Below are positions 11,330-24,806 of a stretch of 64,000 nt of DNA, in pieces (the stretch's first letter is position 1; every line of letters starts with the position of its first letter). Under the pieces are notes generated by a model. The model was not told the origin of the DNA. It did not search any database and was given only the letters and a program-made list of their open reading frames with translations. The DNA is taken from positions 157,296,001 to 157,360,000 of the forward strand of contig CM059431.1 in the NCBI GenBank assembly GCA_030390025.1. The letters run 5' to 3'. The position numbers and the translations under genes are program-made. Origin of the DNA: Squalus acanthias (lineage: Eukaryota).

Positions 11330-13390
11330 TTCGGATACGCTGCCCTCCCCAATCCGTACAGCATCCTTCCACATCGCCCTTCTCCCTCAAACTTACTTCA
11401 TTCTATGTCGTAAAAGCTGTCTTCCAACTCTCTTAACATTTGCACTTACGAAATTCCAGCTATCCAGCTTTTGGTCCTCCATTCACCACAACATTTCTAC
11501 AGCTCCTGATCAGCTCAACCACACCTTCACCGCCACCTTCGATGCCCTAGTTCCGATTAAGTAAATCACATGTCCCACCCTGGCTTTCCAACTGGTACAT
11601 CCCTCATCTTCGCTCCCTTAATTCCAAGAGGCGCACACTTGAACGGATATGGCGGGCAACGCGTTTAACCATTTGCCGCCAGATCTGGCTGGATCACATA
11701 ACGCATTATCGGGTCCAGCTCTCGTATGCCAAAATTGCTCATTATACCAGAATCATTCTGGAATGCAACGATAAAACCCGGCTTCTATTCGCCACTGCTA
11801 ACAATCTTCTCAAACCCCTCTCCCCTGTCTCCTCCACGCTCACCTCCAACAACAAGTGCGAGGAGCTCTTGAACTTCATTGTCTCTAAGATTAAGACTAG
11901 CCGATCAGCTGCCTCTACCACTTCTCATCCTTTCCCTAACTCAGCGGGCCAAACTTCCTCTAAGGCACCCCCTGCCCTAGCCCTGAACTCCCATCTTTTT
12001 CCAGCTTCTCACCGATGTCCTCACCAGAACTCTTCGCACTCATCTCGTCCATGAAACCCAATTCCTACTCGCTCGAATCTATTCCCACCAAACTGCTGAC
12101 CACTAAAATTCCTCTTCTGGCTCCCATGTTAGCTGACATTGTTAACTGTTCTCTCTCCTCAGGTACTGTCCCTTTCTCCTTCAAATCTGCCGTCATCAGC
12201 ACTCTCCTCAAAAAAACAACCCTCGACTCCTCCTTCCTTGCAAACTATCGCCCCAATTCCAACGTCCGTTTCCGCTCCAAAGTCCTTTATCATGTTGTCA
12301 CCTCCCAAATCAATTCCCATCTTTCCCGGAACTCCATGTTTGAGACCCTCCAATCGGGTTTCCGCCCCTGCCACATTACCGTCACGCCTCTCATCAAGGT
12401 CACAAATGACATCCTTTGTGACTGCGACAAAGACGAACGGTACACCTTCGTCCTTCTCGACTTCTCAGCAGCCTTTGACACGGTTGCCCACTCCACACTC
12501 CTCCAACGTTTTTCCACCTTCGTCCAGCTGGGTGGGACTGCAATCGCCTGGATCCATTCTTATCTATCATTGCCTGAAAATCCCCTTCAATTCCTTCTCT
12601 TCCCACTCCCGGAACACTACCTCTGGTGTGCCCCAAGAATCTATTCTTGCCCCCCTCCTATTTCTCTTCTACATTCTGCCCCTTGACGACAACGTCGGAA
12701 AACATAGCTTTATTTTCCACATGTACGCTGACGTCACCCAGCTCTACTTCACTAACACTCCTCTCGAAACCTCCACTGTCTCTAAATTGTGAGATTGCTT
12801 GTCCGACATCCAGTTCTGGTAGAGCAGAAATTTTCTGCAGTTCAATATTGGGAAGACATTGTTTTCATTCCCCATCACTGACTCCATCCCTCTCCCTAAC
12901 ATCCGTCTGAGGCAGAACCACACTGTTCACAACCTTGGATTCATATTTGACCCTGAAATGAGCCTGCGACCACATATCCACAGCATAACTAAGACCACCT
13001 ATTTCCAACTCCATCATCGCCTATCTCCGCCCCTGCAACAGCACATCTGCTGCTGAAACACGCATTCATGCCTTTGTTACCTCTAGAATTGACTATTACA
13101 AAACACTCCTTGCTGGCCACCCACGTTCTACCCTACGTAAATTAGAGGCCATCCTAAATTCGGGTGCCAGTGTCCTAACTCGCACAAAGTCCCATTCACC
13201 CATCACCCCTGTGCTCGCTGACATACGTTGGATCCCGGTTAAACAACGTTTCGATTACAAAATTCTCACCCTTGTTTTCAATTTCCTCCTTGGCCTCGCA
13301 TCTCCATACCTCTAATCTCTTTGACCAAGTTTTTAGTCATCTGCCCTAATTTTTCCTTATGTGTCACGGTGTCAAATGATTGTCTTGTAA
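11330..13390 (+). mobile_element. Degenerate L2 LINE ORF2 and 3' end; paralogs at ~25180-27215 and ~32650-34257 + 38981-39478
   Basis: [30 protein letters not shown] (ORFs 12015..12686 and 12139..12792), with frameshifts. Confidence 0.92.
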
Positions 13391-13860
13391 CCAGAACTTG
13401 CATTTGTATAGCGCCTTTAATGTAGTGAAACGTCCCAAGGCACTGCACAGGAATATTGTAAGACGCAAAAATTAACACCGAGCCACATAATAATAAATTA
13501 GTGCAGGTGATCAAAAGCTTATTCAAAGAAGTAAGTATTAAGGAGCATCTTAATGGAGGAAAGAATGGTAGCGAGGCAGAGAGCTTTAGGGAGGGAATTC
13601 CAGAGCTGAGGGCCGAGGCAGCAGTGAGAGTTTATAAACAGCGTTGCTCAAGAGGGCAGAATTAGAGGAGCACAGATATCTCGGGAGGTTGTTGGAATAA
13701 AGGAGATTACAGAGATAGGGAGATGCGAGGGCATGCAGGGATTTGAAAACAAGGATGACAAGTTCGAAATCGAGGCGCTGCTTAACCGGGAGGCAATGTT
13801 GGTGAGCGAGCACAGGGGAGATGGACGGACGGGCCTTGGTGCGAGTTGGGATACTCCTGT
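13390..13860 (-). mobile_element. L2 3' fragment, antisense; paralog ~27215-27685
   Basis: LPVKQRLDFELVILVFKSLHALASPYL and reversed L2 tail acttgcatttgtatagcgcctttaa. Confidence 0.85.
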
Positions 13861-13897
13861 GAAACGCATTGGGGCATTTTACTACGTTAGAAGCAAT

Positions 13898-14638
13898 GGC
13901 CCAGAAATTGATCTCGCTCTGTTCCCGCGGGGGTAAGCCTTCCCCGCGCTCTCTCACCTCGCTTATGCTTTTTCAGATCCAGCTCGCACGAACTTGATGT
14001 TCCAGACATCAGCCGGGCAGTGCTTGCGTATCCCACCGGCGTAGTGAATTCGTGCGAGCTGTGGGATCACGTGACTCAGTTAGAGCCAATGGCAGCACAC
14101 CATCTTCCATTCATAAGTTTCACAGCACGGCTGTAAAATCTATGAATCTTACACCCCCCCAAAATAACAGCTAAACCTCAATTAAATTTAAAAAAAAAAC
14201 CATCACATTAATAAAATAAGTATAGTTAAATAAATTAACCATTTTAAATAAAAAATAAAATTTTTGAAAAAATTTAAAATCTTTTAAAAAGTTATAAAAA
14301 TAAACTTACCTGTCTTTAAAGTCTCTAAAAAAGATATACCTGTAAAAAAAAATTCAAAAAAATACTTAATTCACTACTTACCTTGTTAAAAGTGGGTCTT
14401 ACTCCTTTTTTTCATTTCTAAAATCTTCCGTACTTACCTGCGCGTCCAAAGCATGAAGTGCACAGCGTGCGCGCAGCCTGTAGCGCGCACGCGATGCACC
14501 GAGGAACCGCCCCCTTTTCAAAAGAGCAATTGCCGGTTTTCAGCGCATGCGCAGGGCATGCAGAAAACCGGCAATTGCAGAGGGAATACGCGAGAGTACG
14601 CAGTGCGTACTCTCGCGCAGCAGGATGAATTTTTGGCC
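13898..14638 (+). mobile_element. MITE, near-identical to 10274-11013
   Basis: Same TIRs and body; AAT/ATT flanks; empty site gttagaagcattatata at ~27713. Confidence 0.85.
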
Positions 14639-14746
14639 ATTATATAAATACAAGTTGTTTTTGTTGATCTCAACAAACGAGTTCCAGATGGGCTCCCGTC
14701 GGCCGAGACTCCGCACTGGGATCGCCCATTGGTGAGATTTACTCAC

Positions 14747-14791
14747 ACAGTGCATGCCAAAATCAGCGTTTTTCCTGAGGTAGAGAATAAT
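14747..14791 (-). other. 45-nt micro-exon, copy 1
   Basis: tttccctgcag| ... |GTGAGT; phase 0 translation IILYLRKNADFGMHC. Confidence 0.6.
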
Positions 14792-15519
14792 CTGCAGGGA
14801 AATATGGAGCGGGTGATCATTGATGAATTAAATGACCCTTCACTCGATTTTACAGTCTGACGGTATATTATTATGTTATTCATAGACAGTTGTTTATTAA
14901 TTTGGATTTGCTGAGTTTTGACGTTAAATTCTGGTATTTGATGAATATGATATATACAGCTCGGTGTGATCCATCTGGTCTATATGGGCCGTGACATTGT
15001 CCGTGTGTTCATGGAGATGTGTCCTGGTTGGTGCTTCTATTTGAATATATTTACCGTATCTCTCATGGTGTCAGCACCTGACTAACCAACACTGTAGGAG
15101 GTAAGGACATTTATCACTGTTCCACTAATATTAACATTAACTAATAATGTTACGTCACTTTAAAGAGTGAGGTGATGCACAGCATTGATTAGTGGAATAT
15201 ATTTAGCGGTCTGACTTTCTCTTAATTGGCCATAAATAGACAAGAGGTAGATTTAACTACTGTTTTTACAACCACAATTCTCCACTTGTGTGTGTGTGTG
15301 TCTCGTTGTGTGTGTGTCCACACACGATCGTCAAATTAAACTATCAGTCGCGTAATTTCAATTCCTCACTGCGGAAATGTAAAAGCGATTCAGTCTCGTA
15401 TCATTAATTTCTCCAAACTAAGGTCAAAGATATTTTCCAGAATTAATTTATAACTAAGTTTGAATCCTTGAAATATTCAGTTCTCTGCTGTTTCATACCT
15501 AGTATAATAAACACATAAG

Positions 15520-16400
15520 TCACAACAACAACTTGCATTTCCACAGCTATTTAAACATTGACAAACATCCCAAGGTGCTTCACAGGAGCCGAATCATAGA
15601 CAAAAGATGGGCGCTGAATAAAGGAGGTAGAAGGAGGAGTGGACCAAAAGGTTGTTAAAACAGGTCGGTTTTAGGAGCATCTTAAAAGGAGGAGATGAAG
15701 CTGGCGAGGTTTAGGTGGGGAATTTCAGAGCAGAAAACCGGGACAGCAGAAGGCACAACCGCCATAGATGTCTGAGGAGAGGGTGAAATGCACTCGAGGC
15801 CAAGGCCGGTAGAACTGAGATATCTTGGTGCTCGGGGCTTGTAGGGCTGGAGGGGGTTACAGAAACAGGGATTAACAGGACCATGAAGGGATTTAAACGA
15901 GGATGAAAATGTTACTTTGGAGGTGCTGGGGGACCGGGAGCCAATGTAGTTTCGCAAGGACAGGGGCGATCGGTGAGCAGCATTTTTGATCCACCCAAGT
16001 TTACGGTGGGTGAAAGGAGCAAGGCCGACCCGGAGAGCACTGGAAAAATCGAGTCGACAGCTGATAAAAGCATGGATGAGGAATCCAGCAGCAGATGGGC
16101 TGAAGCAGGGATAAAGATGGGCGATGTTGCGGAGGTGTAAGTAGGATTTTGTGATGGAGAGAATATCGGGTCAGAAGCTCAGCTTGGCGTCATATAGAAC
16201 GCGGAGGCTGTAAACAGTCTGGTTCAATCCGAGACACTGGCTGGAACGGGGATGGAATCACCGACAAGTGAAGAAAATTTAAGGCGGTGGTTGAAGACCA
16301 TGCGTATATGTGAAACTGTACACTTGCCTTTGGAGAATGTCTCCAAGGGCCAGCACATAGATGAGAAATTGGAGAGTGCGAGGGGGGAACTATGGGTACT
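15520..16400 (-). mobile_element. Old L2 fragments, antisense; paralog ~28575-29445
   Basis: Reversed L2 tail (caacaacttgcatt...) and FKSLHGP-like peptide (ORF 15682..15957). Confidence 0.7.
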
Positions 16401-17910
16401 CTTGTGTTAACTTCCTTTTCTGGCTCCCATGTTGGCTGACATTGTTAACGGCTCTCTCGCCTCAGTTACTGTTCCACTTTCCTTCAAATCTGCCGTCATC
16501 ACCACTCTCCTCAAAAAAAACATCGACTCCTCCGTCCGTCCAAACTACCGCCCATCTCCAAACTCCCTTTCTGCTCCAAAGTCCTTGAACGTGTTGTCAA
16601 ATCTCAAACCCATGCCCATCTTTCCCGGAACTCCATATTTGAGTGCCTCCAATCGAGTTTCCAACCCTGCCACAGTACCTAAACGGCTCTCATCAAAGTC
16701 ACAAATGACATCTTTTGTGAATGCGACAAATACAAACTATCCTTCCTCGACCTTCTCGACTTCTCAGCAACCTTTGACACGGTTGACCACTCAGCACTTC
16801 TCCAACGCCTCTCCACCGTCGTCCAGCTGGGTGGGTCTGCACTCACCTTGCCCCATTCTTATCTACCGTAGCCAGAGCAATGGCTTCTCTCCCCGCTCAC
16901 GCATCATTACCTCTGGTGTCCCACAAGGATATATCCGTGGCCGCCTCCTATTTGACATCTACATGTTGATGACATCCTCGGAAAACATAGCATCAGTTTC
17001 CACATGTATGCTAACGACACCCACCTGCAACTCACCAACACTTCTCTTGACCCCTCCCCGATTTCTAAATTGTTAGACTGCTTTTCCGATATCCAGTTTT
17101 GGTTGAGCAGAAATTTTCTACAGTCAAATATTGGGAACATCAAAGCCATTGTTTTCGTTCCCCACCAAATATTCCATTCCCTTGCCTCCGACTGCATCCC
17201 TCTCCATAACATATGTCTGAGGCTCAACCACACTGTTCGCAACCTTGGTGTCACATTTGAACCTGAAATGAGCATCCAACCACATATCCGCAGCATAATA
17301 AAGATCGCCTTTTTAACCGCCGTAACAACGCCCATCTCCACCCCTGCTTGTGAAGCAATCATCCATAACTTTGCTACTTCTAGACTTGACTATTCCAACG
17401 CGCTCATGGCTGGACTGCCACGTTCAAACCGACGTAAACTTGAGGTCATCCAATACTCGGCTGCCAGTTTCCAAACTCACACCAAGTCCCGTTCGCCCAT
17501 ATCCCCTGTGCTCGCTGACCTACATTGGCTCCCGGTTAAGCAACGCCTCGTTTTCAAAATTCTCATCCCTCCCTACCTCTGTAATCTATTCAAGCCCAAA
17601 AACTACATCCCTGAGATAAATGAGCTGTTATAATTCAGCCCTCTTGAGCATCCCTGATTATAATCGCTCAAACATTGACAGTCCTGCTTTCAGTTGCTCA
17701 GGCCCTAATTTCTGGAATTCCCTCCCTAAACCTCTCCACCTCTTTCCTACTTTAAGACGCTCCTTATAACCTACCACTTTCAACAAACGTTTGTTCACCT
17801 GACTAATATTTCATGTGGCTCGGTGTCACATTGTGTTTGATAACGCTCCTGTGAAGCGCCTTGAGATGTTTTACTACGGTAATTATGCTATAGAAATCCA
17901 AGTGTTTTGT
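16400..17910 (+). mobile_element. Degenerate L2 LINE; paralogs ~29450-30975 and 3' end at ~6440-6730
   Basis: MYANDTHLQL...SRLDYSNALMAG...LHWLPVKQR (ORF 17004..17633) and L2 3' tail. Confidence 0.9.
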
Positions 17911-18882
17911 TGTTCTAGTGCTCTCCTGGAACACTTTATTAATTCTGGCATTATCAATTATTTTTCTTTCTCCTCAAAATGTTATGACCAGGAACATTTC
18001 TGTTAGTCCTGTGAAATCCCAGGCCCTGTCCTATAGATACTAAATCACATCTTTCATGCCTCTGACTTTCCAAGTGTCTTTGGAATGACTTGTACATTTA
18101 CAGGCACATCAGCCAATCCGAAATCCAATTCTTTGGAATAGAGTCATAGAGTTATACTGCACAAAAAGATGCCCTTCGGACATCGTGCCTTTGCCCGCCA
18201 TCAAGCCCTGTCTATTCTAATCCAATTTTCCAGCACTTGGTACCTAGCCTTGTATGCTATGGCCTTTCAAGTGATCATCTAAATGCTTCTTGAATGTTGT
18301 GAGTGTTCTTGCCTCTACCACCCTTTCAGGCAGTGAATTCTAGATTCCAACCACCCTCTGGGTGAAAAAGGTTTTCCTCAAATCCCCTCTAAACCTCCTG
18401 CTCCTTACCTTGAAACTATGGCACCTGGTTATTGACCCCGCTTCGAAGGGGAAAAGTTCCTTTCTGTATACACTATCTATTCGCCTTATTATTTTGTACA
18501 CCTCAATCAGGTCCCGCTCACCCTTCGCTGCTCTAAGGAAAACAACCCCAGCCTGTCCAGTCTCTCTTCATAGCTGAAGCGCTCCGGCCCAAGTAACATC
18601 CTGGTGAATCTCCTCTGCACCCTTTCCAAAGCAATCACGTCCTTCCTATAGTGTGGCGACCAGAACTGCACACAGTATTCCAGCTGTGGTCTAACTAACG
18701 TTTTGTACCGTTCCATCATAACCTTCCTGCATTTATATTCTGTGCCTCGGCTAATGAAGTCAAGAATCCCAGATGCCTTTTAAACCACCTTATCTAACTG
18801 TCCTCCTGCCTTCAGAGATCTATGTATATGCACACCAAGGTTCCTCTGATTCTCTGCCCTTCCTACGGTCCTACCATTCATT

Positions 18883-19636
18883 GGCCCAAAAATTCGGCCG
18901 TTCTCGGGTGAGTACCCGCTGCGTACTCACCCGTATTCGTTCCCGAAGTGCCGGTTTCCTGCATGCGCGGGAAACCGGCACTTCCGGTATGGAGTAGGGG
19001 GCGGTTCCGAGGTGAACCACGTGCGCACCAGAGGCTGCGCGCACGCAGGACACTTAGGTATTTTTTCAGTTTTCAACGCGAGGGTAAGTATGGAAGATTC
19101 TGTGCAAGTAAAAAGGAGGCGTAAGACCACTTTTGAAAAAGGCAAGTAGTTAACTAAGAATAATTTAAATTTTTTTTCAACAGGTTTATCTTTTTTAGAG
19201 AATTTAAAGAAAGGTAAGTTTATTTTTATAACTTTTAAAAAGTATTTTAATTTTGTCAAAAATTTAAATTTTTGTTTAAAGTGGTTAATTTATTTAACTA
19301 TAGTTATTTTATTAATGTGATGGGTTTTTTAAAAACATTATTTGAGGTTTAGCTGTTCTTTTGGATCCGATTTCAATTCACAGATTTGACAGGTCTCCTG
19401 TCAAATCTATGAATGAAAGATGGTCTGCTGCCATTGGCTTTCCAAGGCGCACGTGATCCCAGGGGTCACATCACACTAACTGCGCCCCTGGAACACACAA
19501 GCACTGCGTGCCGGCACTAGGGAGAGGCCTAGGACCTGAAGTTCCTGTGGGCACGAAACACAACGGCAGGCCCGTTAGGTAAGAGCGCGCGCGATCCTTA
19601 GCCCCGCGGCAAGCCGGCCACCCGAATTTCTAGGCT
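18883..19636 (-). mobile_element. MITE of a related subfamily, inverted, nested in a CR1
   Basis: GGCCCAAAAATTCG ... CGAATTTCTAGGCT ends, ATT duplication, homologous AT-rich core and hairpins. Confidence 0.85.
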
Positions 19637-22600
19637 ATTATTCATTCCCGTGCCTTCTTAGCCCTCCCAAAATGCATCACCTCACACCTTTCAGGGTTAA
19701 ATTCAATTTGCCACTGTTGTGCTCATCAGACCAACCCATCCATATCGTCCTGTAGCCTGAGACTTCCCTCCTCGCTATTTACCACTCCAGCAATTTTCGT
19801 GTCATCTGCGAACTTACTGATCATACCTCCTACATACATATCTAAATCATCAATGTACACTACAAACAGCAAGGGACCCAGCACCGAACCCTGCGGTACA
19901 CCACTGGACACAGGCCTCCAGTCACAAAAACAGCCTTCGACCTCACCCTCTGCCTCCTGCCACTAAGCCAATTTTGGATCCAATATGCCAAATTGCCCTG
20001 GATCCCATGGGCACTTAACTTCTTCACCAGTCTCCCATGCGGGACTTTGTGAAAAGCCTTACTGAAGTCCATGTAGACTACATCAACTGCACAACTCTCA
20101 TCCACACACCTATTCACCCCTCGAAATATTAAATCAAATTGGTTAGACATGTTCTCCCCCTGGCAAAGCCATGCTGACTATCCTGGTATAATTATTGCCT
20201 CTCGAAGTGAAGAATAATTCTGACACTCAGAATTTTTTTCCAATAATACCACTGATGTTAGGTTCACTGGTCTGCAGTTCCCTGGTTTATCCCTACTACC
20301 CTTCTTGAATAATGGTACTACTTTACCTGACCTCCAGCCCACTGACACCTCCCCTGTGGCCAGAGAGTTTCTGAAAATTTGTGTCAGATCCCCTGCAATC
20401 TCCTCCCTTGCCTCACACAGCATCCTGGGATACATCTCGTCTGGGCCTGGGGATTTATCCACATTTAAGCCGACTAAAACCGCTAGTACCTACTCCCTCT
20501 CAATGATAATTTGTTCAAGTATATCACAACACCCCTGCCTGATTTATATGACTACTTCGTCCTTCTCTATAATGAACACAGATGCAAAATATTCATTTAA
20601 AACCTCACCTACATCTTCCAGCTCTACACACAGATTGCCACTTTTGTCCCTAATGGGCTCTACTCTTTCCCTGGTTATCCTCTTGCCCTTTATATACTTA
20701 GATAACACCTTGGGATATTCCTTCAGTTTGCCCACCAGTGTGTTTTATTGACCCCTCTTCGCACTCCTAATTTATTTCTATTACCCCCCCGCACATTCTA
20801 TACTCCTCTAGGGCTTCCCCTATTTTAGCTCCTTTGTATCGGCCAAAAGCCTCCATTTTTTCCTAATCCATTCTTGTATATCCCTTGACATCCAGGGTTC
20901 CCTGGCCTTGTTCGTCCCACCCTTGACCTTTATGGGAAAATGTTGGCACTGTACTCTCTCTATTTCCTTTCTGAATAACTCCCACTGCTCTGATATGGAT
21001 TTTCCTGCAAGTAGTTGATCTCAGTCCACTTTGGCCAGGTCCTCCCTTATCATATTAAAATCGGCCTTCCCCCAATTTAGAACCTTTATCTCCGGTCCAT
21101 CTTCGTCCTTTTCCATGACTTCCTTAAATCTCACCGAATAAAGATCAATCTCACCAAAATGCTCTCCGACTGACACTTCTACCACTTGCCCGGCTACATT
21201 CCCTAGAATTAGTTCTAGTACTGCCCCCTCTGTTGTAGGACTTTCTACAAGCTGGCTCAAAAAGGTCTCCTGGATGTACTTTAAGAATTCTGCACCCTCT
21301 AAGCCTTTCACACTCTGACTATCCCAGTTAATATTGGGGAAGTTGAAAACCCCTACTATTATTATCCTATTATATCTACACTCCTCTGAGATTTGCCTAC
21401 ATATCTGTTCCGCTATCGCCCCTGAATGTTTGGGGGCCTATTGTACACTCCTAGCAAAGTGCTTTCCTCCTTTTTGATTTTAAGTTCTACCCATATTGCC
21501 TCATTAGAGGAACCTGCTGTGATATCATCCCTCCTTACTGCAAAAATTGTCTCCTTGATTAATATTGCGACATGCCCTCCTCTTTTACACCCACATCTGT
21601 CTCGCCTGAAGATTCTATACCCCGTAATATTGAGCTGCCAGTCCTGGCCCTCCCTCAACCTTGTCTCCGTGATAGCAACAATATCATACTCCCAAGTGTT
21701 CATCAACAACTTCAATTTATCTGCTTTACTCGCAAGACTACTTGCTTTGAAATGAATGCCCGCCAGACTTGCCATACTCTCTTGTGCCGTTACATATTTG
21801 CTCTGACTTCCAAACTGACTTGTTTTTTCCTTTATATTTGGCTGCGTATCACCCCTACTATAGCTCCACTCCGTATCCCATCCCCAGCCAAGTTAGTTTA
21901 AATTCCCCCTAACAGCACTAGCAAACCTCCCCGCAAGGATGTTGGTCCTGTTCCGGTTCAGCTGCAACCCGTCCGACTTGTACAGGGCCCACCTTCCCCA
22001 GAAACAGACTCAATGATCCAGGAAACTAAAGCCCTCCCTCCTGCACCAAATCTTTAGCCTCGCATTCATCTGCTCTACCCTCCTATTCCTATACTCACTA
22101 GCACGTGGCACCGGGAGTAATCCAGAGATTACAACCTTTTCAGTCCTGCTTTTTAATCTGTTAACTAGCTCCCTAAATTCTTGTTGCAGAACCTCATCTC
22201 TCTTTCTAACTATGTCCTTGTTCCCAATATGAACCACGACCTCGGACTTTTGGCACGGCCCCTTCAGAATGCCCTGCAGCCGTTCAGTTACATCCTTGAC
22301 CCTGGCACCAGGGAGGCAACTTACCATGCTGGAGTCACGTCTGCGGCCGCAGAACCGCCTGTCTGCACCGCTCACTATTGAGTCTCCTACCACTATTGCC
22401 CTTCCACTTTTACTCCTCCCCCCTTGTGCAGCTGAGCCACCCACAGTGCCGTGAACTTGGCTCTGGCTGCTCTCCCCAGAGGAACCGTCACTTTCACGGG
22501 TTTCCTACACGGAAAAACAGTTGTTGAGTGAGATGCACTCTGGGGCTTTCCTGACGACCGGCCTGCCGCCCTTCTTCTGACTGGTTGTCTCCCATTCCCT

Positions 22601-23177
22601 CTCTGACTGCACTTTATAATTCTGCGGCGTGACCACGTCCACAAACGTGCTATCCATGTAAGGCTGAGCTCGCGGATACACCGCAGTGCCTCCAGCTGAT
22701 GGTCGAGCTCCGAAAACCGGATCTCCAGTTGGCCAAACCATTGGCAATTATTGCACATGTGGTCATCCTGACTACAAGAAGCGTCTAGGAATTCCCACAT
22801 GCTGCACGACGTGCAACGCACGGGACTGAGGTCCCCTGCCATAACCTTAATTAAAAAACTCAAACCTCAAATTTAAACTCCCGGATTCTCGCTCTCCCGA
22901 ACTACCTTAATTATGAACGACCTTAAAAAAATAGACTTAAAATTGAAGAAAAAAAAGCACTCAACCACTATTCACTAATCAGCTTCTTCCCCTGCGCCGA
23001 CGTCACTTTGGAACACGTAGATCTTTTAATCTACACCAAGGCACTTACATTTAGACGCCCAGGTTTGGAAAAAGTGAGAAATTGAGAAATACTCATCAAC
23101 CAATCATTTACCTGCTTACTGGTGACGTGAAACTTCGATTACTTTTTACTTCTTTACACTCACCGATCCTTAGTATC

Positions 23178-23747
23178 TCAGCCACTCCCGCTGCTTTTAC
23201 TGCCGCCGAAGTCTGGCGCTCTCCAGCCGCTCCCGCAGTTCTTACTGCCGCCGAAGTCTCGCGCTCTCCAGCCGCTCCCGCAGCTCTTACTGCCCCCGAA
23301 GTCTCGCGCTTTCCAGCCGCTCTCTTTGTATTTGCTGCGCTCGAAATCTTGCGCTCCAAAGCTGCTGTCTCTGCTTTTACTTCCCCCGAAGTCTCGCGCT
23401 CTCCAGCCGCTCCCGCAGCTCTTACTGCCCCCGAAGTCTCGCGCTTTCCAGCCGCTCTCTTTGTATTTGCTGCGCTCGAAATCTTGCGCTCCAAAGCTGC
23501 TGTCTCTGCTTTTACTTCCCCCGAAGTCTCGCGCTCTCCAGCCGCTCCCGCTGCTTTTACTGCCCCCGAAGTCTCGCGCTCTCCAGCCGCTCCCGCTGCT
23601 TTTTCTGCCCCCGAAGCCTCGCGCTCGCCAGCCGCTCCCGCTGCTTTTACTGCCGCCGAAGTCTGGTGCTCTCCAGCCGCTCCCGCTGCTTTTACTGCCG
23701 CCGAAGTCTGGTGCTCTCCAGCCGCTCCCGCTGCTTTTACTGCAACC
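23178..23747. repeat. 45-bp GC-rich tandem array (~12.5 units) at the 5' end of the CR1
   Basis: Unit gctgcttttactgccgccgaagtctggcgctctccagccgctccc, with an internal three-unit (135 bp) duplication. Confidence 0.95.
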
Positions 23748-24718
23748 GAATATTGACACTTTTTTATTTCATATTTTTTTTAACACCAAGTGACTTCATC
23801 TCTCACTATTAGAAAACAACCTTCCTTTTTCCTGCTCAAAATATTTCACTATTTCATAAATATTCTGTTTCAGCTCCAACAGTTTCATTAATTCCACTCT
23901 GTTGTCTCAGACGCGGATATTTCTCACACTAGTCAAATCAGCTGATACCCTTCCCACTGCTTCATTCACCTATTCTGTGAAACCATTGTTGTTGGTGGGT
24001 TCAGATCGCGGCCGTCCCTTCCCTTTTCCCTGAACTCAACCTTCATGTCCCAAGAATTTGAACCCTTCCCCCTTACTCCAGCCAAGCAATCTCACATTGA
24101 CCTGCCTCATACATCCCTCATTAAGCGGCCCAGTGCAAAATAATCCAGAGATTGCCACTTTGAGACCTTGTCTTCAGTCTAGTGCCTCAATCTCTTATAT
24201 TCGCTCTATAAACGTATTTCTATCTGTGTTACTGATTCCGACCATGGGTAATTTCATCTCTCCTTTCCTTCCCAGATTGTTCTTCTCTCTGGTACCAGGG
24301 ATGCATATTCCCACTTGGCACCTGCGCAGCACTGAAGACGAGTCTGTCTATTCACCTGACTATAGAATCTCCCACCACTATCGCTATCCTAATTTTGTTC
24401 CCACCTGCCTCTCACCACTGCCCAACTCGGGGTGGCGTCCTGCTTTCTGGAGTCACACTGTTGCTCAGGAGGACCCTCCTTCGAGTCACTAGCTCTATCC
24501 AACTTACTGTACCCAAAAAACAGGTATCTATTGGTCCGTTCCAATACTCAGGACTCCCTGCACCTGTGACTGCGGTGCCCCTCTAGAGGGTCACTCACTT
24601 TAACTTTGTACTCAGCCCCTGTCCTGTTCCCTCTTCCTGTGTGAGCTGCAGGTTCAGCACGAGATCTGCTCCCTTTGTCGGGACAGAAATTATATTTTGA
24701 TGAATTTTGTGAACCTAC

Positions 24719-24806
24719 CTCTGTTATTTCTCATTATTCCTGTAATTGTTGGATCCTTTCCCCTGTTTGAACCTTCGGCCAAGCCGGTGACAGGCGTTCC
24801 CAGGTT
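24719..24806 (-). CDS. Leader exon copy 2 (88 nt), NLR-like N-terminal peptide; ATG position is TTG
   Basis: cag|NLGTPVTGLAEGSNRGKDPTITGIMRNNR, donor G|GTAGGT (phase 1); acceptor is weak. Confidence 0.5.

Larger units (their letters stand above)
6440..17900. repeat. Leader-exon segmental unit, copy 1 (with private CR1 and two MITE insertions)
   Basis: Colinear similarity to 17900-30960 and 30960-41528; e.g. the block ggaac(a/c)ctttattaattctgg recurs at ~6753, ~17928 and ~30992. Boundaries approximate. Confidence 0.85.
18141..23747 (-). mobile_element. Full-length degenerate CR1 LINE (5' repeat array, ORF1, ORF2 EN-RT)
   Basis: ORF1 Cys-rich CTSCSMWE...C..C plus GDSIV esterase (22010-22863); endonuclease YDIVAITET (21413..21775); [17 protein letters not shown] (19726..19911); GAATA target duplication at 18136-18140 and 23748-23752. 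Confidence 0.95.

Noticed and set aside
23082..23793. Ala/Pro-rich or Gly/Ser-rich repeat proteins, or a CRISPR array
   Set aside because: The frames are open only because the unit is 45 bp; there are no unique spacers and the array lies within the CR1 target duplication.
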